A DNA stretch of 64,000 bases. It comes from Sphingomonadales bacterium. Its GTDB lineage: Bacteria > Pseudomonadota > Alphaproteobacteria > Sphingomonadales > Sphingomonadaceae. The notes under the pieces are model-generated. The model was not told the origin of the DNA, made no database searches, and worked only from the letters and a program-made list of their open reading frames with translations. Both the position numbers and the translations under genes were made by a program. Positions 10,234 to 17,796 of the stretch are shown one piece after another. Location: assembly GCA_031415335.1 (NCBI GenBank), contig JANORM010000068.1:1136-65135 (forward strand). Direction: 5' to 3'. Position 1 is the stretch's first letter. The number at the start of each line of letters is the position of its first letter.

Positions 10234-10325
10234 CGAGCCGGGAAGTGTAAGCCCTTCCCTTAAAAACGCTCGGGGCCGTCTCGTCGCTTGCGGCCATCCC
10301 CCGATGGTCGCGCCGCCGTAATAGC
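10234..10325 (+). ncRNA. Candidate structured leader RNA upstream of the SDR gene
   Basis: Stems CGAGC/GCTCG, GGGAAG/CTTCCC and GCGGCCATC-CCCC-GATGGTCGC; GGGG at 10272-10275 is complementary to the CCCC loop. Confidence 0.35.
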
Positions 10326-10376
10326 TTTGCGCGAAATAGAATTGGATGCGCTGACGAATGTCATTAAGCGTTGGTT

Positions 10377-11426
10377 ATGCGAATATTCCTTACTGGTGCG
10401 GCGGGGCTGATTGGCGGAGAGATTGCGGCGCGGTTGACTGCGGCGGGGCACGGCGTTGTTGGTTTGGTGCGTGCCAAAACCGATGTCTACGCTAATGATG
10501 GCACGCACGTTCCGGCGGCGGGGTTTGTGGGGGATGGTCCGGCTGCTGGGCAAATGTTGGTGGTGCAAGGCGACGTGTCGCGGCCCGATCTGGGCCTGCC
10601 GCCGGACGTCATTCAGGCGCTGTCTGCGCAAACCGACCTTGTGCTACACTGCGCCGCGATCACAGCATTTGATGCCGATGCCGCGCTTTATGATGCGGTA
10701 AACGTGCGCGGCACGGCGCATGTCCGCGCGCTGTTTGAAAATGCCCGGTTCCTGCATGTCAGCACAGCCTATGTCTGCGGAAAGCGCGACGGCGAGATTG
10801 CGGAGGGACCGCATGACGCACAGGCATTATTTGCCAATGGGTATGAAGCATCGAAGGCGGCGGCAGAAACGATCATACGCGGCGCAGGGGGCAGCTATGT
10901 CATCGCCCGGCCCAGCATCGTTATCGGCGCGCATGCGTGCGGAACGATACGGTCATTTGACACGATTTACGCGCTGCTTCGCCTGATCGCGCATGGCCGA
11001 ATTCCGGTCATACCGTTGCGCGCAAATTGTTCGTTGGACTTTGTCCCCATCGATCATGTTGCCGGCGGCCTGATGGATATAATTTCCAATTGGGAACAGG
11101 CGGCGGGCGATACCATCCATCTATCGTCCGGCGCGCCGGTGAGCGGCGCCAACTTGTTCGACGCGATTGGCCGTTTTGACCAGCTCGATTGCCCCGCGAT
11201 TGCGGATCCTGACATGTTTTGTGACAGCCAGCTATCGCCATATAACCGCCGGATTTATCGGCGAACGGCGGCGCATTACGCCAGTTATTTTCGGCATGAC
11301 CCCCGTTTTTCCGTCGGTAATATCGCGCGCTTAACCGGCCGCATATGCCCGCCCGTCGATGCCGCCGCGTTGGCGCGAATGATTTCCTATTGCATCGACA
11401 CAGGTTTCATTCGTTCGGTCCGCTAA
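10377..11426 (+). CDS. Extended SDR / NAD_binding_4 (male-sterility, acyl-CoA reductase-like) oxidoreductase
   Basis: TGAAGLIG, GDVSRPDLGL, HCAA, HVSTAYV, YEASK, RPSIVIG and DFVPID motifs. Confidence 0.85.
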   Translation: MRIFLTGAAGLIGGEIAARLTAAGHGVVGLVRAKTDVYANDGTHVPAAGFVGDGPAAGQMLVVQGDVSRPDLGLPPDVIQALSAQTDLVLHCAAITAFDADAALYDAVNVRGTAHVRALFENARFLHVSTAYVCGKRDGEIAEGPHDAQALFANGYEASKAAAETIIRGAGGSYVIARPSIVIGAHACGTIRSFDTIYALLRLIAHGRIPVIPLRANCSLDFVPIDHVAGGLMDIISNWEQAAGDTIHLSSGAPVSGANLFDAIGRFDQLDCPAIADPDMFCDSQLSPYNRRIYRRTAAHYASYFRHDPRFSVGNIARLTGRICPPVDAAALARMISYCIDTGFIRSVR

Positions 11427-11467
11427 GCAGCAGATAGGTGGCGTTCCTGCCATGCTGCTATGTCGCC

Positions 11468-11529
11468 ACCTAATATCGGGCCTACCTTATATCGGGCCTA
11501 CCTAATATCGGGCCTACCTAATATCGGGA
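11468..11529. repeat. About 4 tandem copies of the 16-bp unit ACCTAATATCGGGCCT
   Basis: Read directly; the unit copies the last codons and stop of the gene ending at 11514. Confidence 0.9.
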
Positions 11530-12260
11530 TAGTGATCGGCCAGCCGCGCCCGTGCGCCCAATGCCCACATGATGCCCACTTTCACATAGATATAATTGGC
11601 CCGCCACCGCCCCCATGCGGCAATGCGGCGGTCCGATGTCCACACCCATCGCGGGATCATGCGGGTGTGGCCAAACCGGTTTAGTTTAATACACAGGTCG
11701 GCCTCTTCCATCACTTTGATGCTTTCATCGCATCCGCCAATGGCCAAAAACTGCGCCCGGCGAAAGAACATCGCATGGTCACCAAATAACAGCCGAACGC
11801 CACGGAAAAACAGCCACGGCCGCATCAGCAGGGGCGCATACCATGTCTTGATCCAATTGTGCATTGTGGAGCCCCACCGTGTCCCCGATGGCCCGGCGAT
11901 ACGCGGCGTAAAGCTGCCCAATGCCAGTTTTGGATTGGCCATTGCCCCCCGAATTTCCGCAATGGCATCGGCTGGCAAAATGGAATCGGCGTGCAAGACG
12001 CACACCACCTGTGACTGCGCATGGTAAACGCCATAGTTGATCTGCGCGCCGCGCCCTGTTTTGGGGGATTGAAGAACCTTTATTCCGGCCGCCAATGCAA
12101 TGGCGGTCGTCGCGTCTTTGCTATTGCCGTCGACCAAGATCACCTCATCGGGCGGAGGCTGCATCGCCGCCACCGATTGCAGCGTAAGTGGCAAGGCGGC
12201 TTCTTCGTCCAGCGCCGGGATGATTATCGTCACGCGGATATTTGTGTCAGCCAAGGCCAT
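11514..12260 (-). CDS. GT2 glycosyltransferase, TIGR04283-like (rSAM/selenodomain-associated transferase 2)
   Basis: IIPALDEE, VDGNSKD, GRGAQIN, LHADS, FGDHAMFFRR, MEEADL and TSDRR motifs. Confidence 0.85.
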   Translation of the reverse strand: MALADTNIRVTIIIPALDEEAALPLTLQSVAAMQPPPDEVILVDGNSKDATTAIALAAGIKVLQSPKTGRGAQINYGVYHAQSQVVCVLHADSILPADAIAEIRGAMANPKLALGSFTPRIAGPSGTRWGSTMHNWIKTWYAPLLMRPWLFFRGVRLLFGDHAMFFRRAQFLAIGGCDESIKVMEEADLCIKLNRFGHTRMIPRWVWTSDRRIAAWGRWRANYIYVKVGIMWALGARARLADHYPDIR

Positions 12261-12856
12261 TTCTCCAGATCTTCGGGCGTGTCACAATCGCTTAATGCCT
12301 CGGTTAGATGCACCGTCATGTTATGCTGCGATAGCCTGCGCAAAGTTTCCGGCAACACCTGGTCGGTGCTCCACGGCATATCGGTGAACAGGAACGGCGC
12401 AGGCGCGCGGATACCAATCAGATAATAGCCGCCGTCGTGCGCCGGACCAATCACGGCGTCATGGTGTTGCAGTGCTGCCAAGGCCGCGTTCACATGCTCG
12501 GCGCGCAAATCCGGCGTGTCTGAGCCAAAAAATATCACAGGTGCGGGTTCCGCCGCCGCCAGCAGCCGCTCGGTTAATCCGCCGCTGGGCTGCGTGACGA
12601 AATTTAGGTCTTTGCCTAACCAGTTTGCAAATGCCTGTTCGTCGGCTCCAGTGATGCTCACCTTCAACTGGCAATCGCATTGTTTCAACACGGCCACCGT
12701 GCGTTCGGTGAGCATTTGGTGGACCCGCGCCGCATTATCGCCGCCAATCGCCGGAATCAGACGTGTTTTGGCCTGCCCCGCAATTGGATAGCGCGTAAAA
12801 ATTACGGCGCGGACAGGTAATTTCGGCAAAGGCATTTGACTTTCTGTCCCGATCAT
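12230..12856 (-). CDS. TIGR04282/DUF2064-like CofC-type transferase 1
   Basis: FTRYPIAGQAKTRL, GSDTPDL, IGPAHDGGYYLIG, MPWST and DCDTPEDL motifs. Confidence 0.87.
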   Translation of the reverse strand: MIGTESQMPLPKLPVRAVIFTRYPIAGQAKTRLIPAIGGDNAARVHQMLTERTVAVLKQCDCQLKVSITGADEQAFANWLGKDLNFVTQPSGGLTERLLAAAEPAPVIFFGSDTPDLRAEHVNAALAALQHHDAVIGPAHDGGYYLIGIRAPAPFLFTDMPWSTDQVLPETLRRLSQHNMTVHLTEALSDCDTPEDLEKWPWLTQISA

Positions 12857-12990
12857 TTGGCGCGGATTTGGCTATCGTCAGAATGTGACATTCTGTGGTA
12901 ACCGGCAAATTGTTACCAGCATTATGCAAATGTGTAACCTAATTGATGGCGCGTGCGAACCACGACCGTATTATGATGTGTAAAGGATAT

Positions 12991-13323
12991 ATGATGACAA
13001 GATTGCTGATAGGAATTGCTGCTATTTCGCTTGGTCTTATCCCGGTTGCTGCGCATGCATCTGGCTCAGGCGGCGGCGGTGGTGGCGGGTATAGCGGCGG
13101 TTATTCGCAGCCTGTTAATCCGGCACAACAGGCATATAGCCGCGGCCTTAGTCTGTTTAAAAAACGCATCACCTGTAAAAAATGCGACTATTCAAAAGGC
13201 GTGCCCGACAGCGTTACGGCGCGGGAAGTTATGAAACGCGTCAACGCTGGCGAATTCAATTTGAAACCGCAAGAGCGTAGTTTGATCGCTTATTATGTCT
13301 CGGATCGTTACAGCGTAAAATAA
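12991..13323 (+). CDS. Small secreted Gly-rich protein with CxxC motif
   Basis: Signal peptide ending AHA, poly-Gly linker, ITCKKCD; AAGGA ribosome-binding site. Confidence 0.7.
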   Translation: MMTRLLIGIAAISLGLIPVAAHASGSGGGGGGGYSGGYSQPVNPAQQAYSRGLSLFKKRITCKKCDYSKGVPDSVTAREVMKRVNAGEFNLKPQERSLIAYYVSDRYSVK

Positions 13324-13344
13324 TCGCAATCTGGCCGATCATAA

Positions 13345-15333
13345 GTGTTATTGGCCAATAATATACGCGTGTTTTCGGCGGCTTTGGTCGGCCTATTGGC
13401 GGTTGCCGGGCTGGCGTGGTTATCGCGTTTCAATGCGCCGCCAGTTATCCCATATGTTGCCCTGTTGTCGCTGAGCAGCGCAGTTGGATTTGCGTTGCTG
13501 TGGCGCGTTAAAAAAATATCGATATGGCTGGTACTGGGGATCGCCGTTTTGCTGCACGGCGTCGCGCTGACCGGCGATGCGGCGTTTGAGGATGATTATT
13601 TCCGCTTCATCTGGGACGGATACCGCTTGCTGACCGCCGGAACGCCATATGGCACCGCGCCGTCTGAATTTTTTGAAAATAGCAATCTCGCTCCATCGAT
13701 CATGCAAACGCTGGGCAATGTAAACAATCCAGATGTGCCGACAATATATGGCCCCGTGCTGCAATGGGTGTTTGCCTTTTGCTATGCAATTGCGGGAACC
13801 GACCCATTGGGCCTGCGGCTCGTTTTTGCCACCATAAACCTGATGCTTGTCGCCATGCTTTGGAAATATGCCGGACCACGCGGCGCGGCGATATATGGCT
13901 GGAGCCCGTTTCCGGTCGCAGAGATTGTCATGCATGTGCACCCCGATGCGATCATGGCCGCGCTCATTGCCGCCGGAATGCTGGCGGCGCGGAGGCACCC
14001 AATATGGGCGGGGATATTCTTTGGCATGGCAGGTGCGACAAAAATCGTCGCGCTGGCCGCGTGGCCATTGCTGGCGCGAATGGGGATTCGGCCTGCTGTC
14101 ACGGCGCTGCTGACGCTAACTGCTTTATACCTGCCATTTGTGGTGCAAGGACGCGGAATTGGGTTTGAATCGACGCAGATATTCGCTGAACAATGGTATT
14201 TCAACCCGCTCGGCTACGCCGTTTTTGACGCAGTTCTCAGGCCGGACGTCGCGCGCCTGTTGGCGGCGTCGGTGGGCATATTTGTCATCATGCTGCTGCA
14301 TGCGCGCACCCGGTCCATCGGTGCTGCGCCGCTGGCAACAATATTTGCCGTCGTCCTGCTCACCGCCCCTGCCGTGAACAGTTGGTACATACTGTGGATA
14401 TTACCGTTTGCTGCCGCAACGCGATCGATTTGGCCGTTTGCTGCGGCGGTGGTTTTACCGCTTAGTTATTTAACGGGTTTGAACCTCGAAGATTATGCGA
14501 TTGACGCATACCAAGTGCACCCGCTGGCATGGGCTTTCGAAATATTCGTGCTGCTTGCAGCGAGCGTATACGACATCAGGCAATATCGCCGCCAAGATAA
14601 CGCGCGATTGGCGGATTTACCAAACACTCCGGTCAGCACGCCGCACATTGCCATCATCATTCCGGCACTAAATGAAGCGGCATCAATCGGCGGCGTCGTC
14701 GCTGGCGTCAGCGCGCTAAAATGGGGCACCCCGCCGCACATCATTGTCGTCGATAATGGATCAAATGATGATACGGCGGGCATCGCCATCGCCGCTGGCG
14801 CGCTGGTCGTGCGCGAGGAACAGCGCGGCTATGGCGCGGCGTGTCTTGCCGGGATTACGGCGTTACCAGCCAGCGCCAACGTCATTATGTTCATGGATGC
14901 CGATGGATCAGACATACCAGAAGAAGCATTGGCATTGGCTGCGCCGATCATAAATGGCCGCGCCGACTTGGTTATAGGTTCGCGGGCTCTGGGCCATGTG
15001 CAGCGCGGTGCGATGACGATGCCGCAGCGTTTTGGCAATTGGCTGTCGACGCGGCTGGTATGGATTATTTGGGGCGCGCGAATGACCGACCTTGGCCCTT
15101 TTCGCGCCATCCGCCGCGACGCGCTGGAACGGCTTGCCATGGCCGACCGCGATTTCGGCTGGACCATTGAGATGCAAGTAAAGGCGGTGCAGCAAAATAT
15201 GCGCATCACCGAAATCCCGGCGGATTACCGCAAACGCATTGGTGTTTCGAAAATCTCCGGCACTATCGATGGCGTCATTCGCGCCGGAACCAAAATATTA
15301 TACGTGATCGGCAGAGAGGCCTTTTGCCGCTGA
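13345..15333 (+). CDS. Fusion of a polytopic GT-C (GT87/DUF2029-like) domain and a GT2 polyprenol-phosphate glycosyltransferase-like domain
   Basis: N-terminal EDDYFRFIWDG and PTIYGP with many TM helices; C-terminal IIPALNEA, VVDNGSND, GYGAAC, MDADGSD and TDLGPFRAI. Confidence 0.82.
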   Translation: MLLANNIRVFSAALVGLLAVAGLAWLSRFNAPPVIPYVALLSLSSAVGFALLWRVKKISIWLVLGIAVLLHGVALTGDAAFEDDYFRFIWDGYRLLTAGTPYGTAPSEFFENSNLAPSIMQTLGNVNNPDVPTIYGPVLQWVFAFCYAIAGTDPLGLRLVFATINLMLVAMLWKYAGPRGAAIYGWSPFPVAEIVMHVHPDAIMAALIAAGMLAARRHPIWAGIFFGMAGATKIVALAAWPLLARMGIRPAVTALLTLTALYLPFVVQGRGIGFESTQIFAEQWYFNPLGYAVFDAVLRPDVARLLAASVGIFVIMLLHARTRSIGAAPLATIFAVVLLTAPAVNSWYILWILPFAAATRSIWPFAAAVVLPLSYLTGLNLEDYAIDAYQVHPLAWAFEIFVLLAASVYDIRQYRRQDNARLADLPNTPVSTPHIAIIIPALNEAASIGGVVAGVSALKWGTPPHIIVVDNGSNDDTAGIAIAAGALVVREEQRGYGAACLAGITALPASANVIMFMDADGSDIPEEALALAAPIINGRADLVIGSRALGHVQRGAMTMPQRFGNWLSTRLVWIIWGARMTDLGPFRAIRRDALERLAMADRDFGWTIEMQVKAVQQNMRITEIPADYRKRIGVSKISGTIDGVIRAGTKILYVIGREAFCR

Positions 15334-15359
15334 ATGATGCCATCGATCTCGAAATCACG

Positions 15360-16304
15360 CTAAGCCGTTTTACGGCGACGACGCCGGATGAGGCGGATGA
15401 TGCCGTATAGCAAAAGCAGCAACACAGCGCCGATAATCATCGCCGGTACGGGGAACGATCGCGCCAGCCAAATTGGCGACATAGAGCCGGTGGAAACCCC
15501 CGCGTCGGGCACTTTTACATCGTTCAACCGCCAGTCGTAATCCAAAAAGTCAAAAGCCAATTCGCCGGATTTCATTTTTGCGGTCTGCTCTGCGTTCAAC
15601 CCAAGCGCGTACGCATATAACGCAAAAAATTTGCCAAGTGTATCCGCGCCGCGCCAGCCCGCTTCGAAATCGCCGCGATACCATGTGAAGATGCTCGACA
15701 TATGTGCGCCCTTTGCATCCACATAATTGCGCGAGCGGTCCGACAGGAACGCGTTCGTCGCCGTTTCCAGCTGTGCGTCCAACGTCGCGGCGGCAAACGC
15801 CGTGTTCGCCAAGGCAGGGCAACCAATGCTAGCACAGTTGACCGCAAAATGAATACGCGGATCGTTATATCGGCCGCTGCCCCGGATCATCTCATGTTCA
15901 ATGTCGTCGAGCGATCGCTTCGCCCCGAACAAGGGGATAAAGCGTTTTTGCCACGGCGAGGTTGCCAGCGAACCGAGATCGCGAATGGAATTCACCCCAG
16001 GGTAATTTTGCACGATCAGTTTAACCGTCCATGCATTATAGGCATTTATCAGGAACGCGAGCTGCGCGTTTTTTGACCAGCCATCAAATTCAGCCTGCTT
16101 CACCGCCGACAGCTGCGCCGCATAGGCGCTCAATGCGGCATCATCATTTTTGAACTGCGCATAGTCGGCGGACGACGAATTGCCGTCGTCTGCAACGCGG
16201 ATGTTTTTTTGAAGCAGCGCGTCCCATTGGCTATGGTCAAAACCCTGCGCGTGCAAAGGCAGCACGGCTGAAAATAACAGAAATGCCAGTAAGCGCAGCA
16301 GCAT
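15360..16304 (-). CDS. DUF547 family protein with signal peptide and C-terminal membrane anchor
   Basis: LAFLINAYNA, SLDDIEH, DPRIHFAVNCASIGCP, IFTWY..DF and YDWRLN motifs; hydrophobic helix followed by RRRRRK. Confidence 0.85.
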   Translation of the reverse strand: MLLRLLAFLLFSAVLPLHAQGFDHSQWDALLQKNIRVADDGNSSSADYAQFKNDDAALSAYAAQLSAVKQAEFDGWSKNAQLAFLINAYNAWTVKLIVQNYPGVNSIRDLGSLATSPWQKRFIPLFGAKRSLDDIEHEMIRGSGRYNDPRIHFAVNCASIGCPALANTAFAAATLDAQLETATNAFLSDRSRNYVDAKGAHMSSIFTWYRGDFEAGWRGADTLGKFFALYAYALGLNAEQTAKMKSGELAFDFLDYDWRLNDVKVPDAGVSTGSMSPIWLARSFPVPAMIIGAVLLLLLYGIIRLIRRRRRKTA

Positions 16305-16384
16305 AAAATTCCTCTTTTGGTAATCATTTCGCCGTTTGATGGTTCGCAAATTTGTTGCGAAACGTTACATTACCGCGCGCAGCA

Positions 16385-16401
16385 TTAGGTCCTGACCCTA
16401 A
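16385..16401. repeat. Copy of the dispersed TAGGGTCAGGACC(C)TA palindromic motif at the ubiH stop
   Basis: TTAGGTCCTGACCCTAA; related copies near 1100, 21547, 36894, 47496 and 57408. Confidence 0.6.
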
Positions 16402-17660
16402 ACCATTTGTCCTTGCAGTAATTTCGGCAACGCGCCGCTTTCTCCGCGTGCCTCGGCCATGAAAAATCCTTTTACCGGCTGCGTGCGCTGCACCAGACTG
16501 AGGCCAAAGCGCCGCACCGCCGACGCGGTTTTGCCAGGCACCGAAAATAGGCGGTTCAGGCTGTCGGTTGCCACCGATACCATCAACGTATCGATGCTGC
16601 GCCAACGGCCATAACGTTCGAGCAACTGTGCATCGCCAAAATCCAGCCCCAGCCGCATGCCATCGGTTAGCACTTCGGCCAGCGTCGCAACATCGCGCAG
16701 GCCAAGGTTCAGCCCCTGCCCCGCAATCGGATGAATGCCATGCGCGCTGTCGCCGATCAGCACCAACCGTTGCGCCGTAATCGTCGTGCAATGGTGGAAC
16801 CCCAGCGGGTAACTGGCCAGCGGTGCGGCGATTTCCACGCTGCCCAGCATATGGCCCATCGCCTTTTCCAATTCAGCGGCAAAAGCACGGTCAGACAGCT
16901 TCATATAGGCGGGTGCATCGCTGCGCGTTTGCGACCATACGATTGCGCTGCGGTGGCGGCCATCGGCGCTGTCCAACATCGGCAATATCGCAAAAGGACC
17001 CGTTGGATAAAAAATCTCATAGGCGATTTCATTGTGCGGTTTTTCATGAAAAATTGCGCCCACAATGGCCGCGTGGTCGTATTGCCAGTGCGCAATTTTC
17101 AAGCCTGCTTCTTCGCGGGTCTGGCTATTACGTCCCTCGGCGACGATCAACAATGGTGCGGATAATATTGCGCCATCGTCCAATGTCACCGATGCGCCCG
17201 CGTCATCGCGGTGCTTGCTCAAAATATTGGCGGGCATATGCAAATGAATATGCGGGCTGTCTGATGCGGCGGTGTGCAACGTTCGGCGCAGTAAACGGTT
17301 TTCAAACATCTGCCCCAAATAGCCGTCGCCCTCATTGGGAACGAAATCGAGCGCACCGGGCTTCAACCCGTCGCTGACCCAAATTTGTGCGATCGGGCAT
17401 CCCTTGCCCGCCAGCCTATCCGCCAGGCCAATGGCTTCAAACATTTTCATGCTTGAGCTGGAAATTGCCGAGGTGCGGCCATCAAATCCATCGGCCAGCA
17501 TCGCCGCTGGATCGGCGCGATCAATAACATTGCTGGTGATGCCGTGCGCCGCCAATGTCAGCGCCTGTGCGAGGCCGATCATACCGCCGCCGATGATGAT
17601 GACGTCTGTTTTGGTTGGTTTTTGCAAGGGAGATGATCCTGTTCGAATTTGTCGTTTCAA
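16398..17660 (-). CDS. ubiH: UbiH/COQ6 family FAD-dependent hydroxylase
   Basis: GGGMIG, DGRTSAIS and GDSAHGIHPIAGQGLNLGLRD motifs; divergent from ftsK. Confidence 0.88.
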   Translation of the reverse strand: MKRQIRTGSSPLQKPTKTDVIIIGGGMIGLAQALTLAAHGITSNVIDRADPAAMLADGFDGRTSAISSSSMKMFEAIGLADRLAGKGCPIAQIWVSDGLKPGALDFVPNEGDGYLGQMFENRLLRRTLHTAASDSPHIHLHMPANILSKHRDDAGASVTLDDGAILSAPLLIVAEGRNSQTREEAGLKIAHWQYDHAAIVGAIFHEKPHNEIAYEIFYPTGPFAILPMLDSADGRHRSAIVWSQTRSDAPAYMKLSDRAFAAELEKAMGHMLGSVEIAAPLASYPLGFHHCTTITAQRLVLIGDSAHGIHPIAGQGLNLGLRDVATLAEVLTDGMRLGLDFGDAQLLERYGRWRSIDTLMVSVATDSLNRLFSVPGKTASAVRRFGLSLVQRTQPVKGFFMAEARGESGALPKLLQGQMV

Positions 17661-17796
17661 TATTGTTTACGCCGACAACTTGCCCCTGCAAAGTACCGAA
17701 TTTCCGCTGGACTCTTGACGGCGAGTCCCATGACGGCGCAAAAGGCTTTTTTAAGATTAATTACGTCGTTCACGCCGCAGGCAAAAGGCAAAACTT

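Noticed and set aside
11468-11529. Possible CRISPR array
   Set aside because: Units are contiguous 16-mers with no spacers, and no cas genes are present.
10377-16304. Selenocysteine (in-frame UGA) in the selenodomain-associated cluster
   Set aside because: All ORFs look complete, with no interrupted domain needing readthrough.
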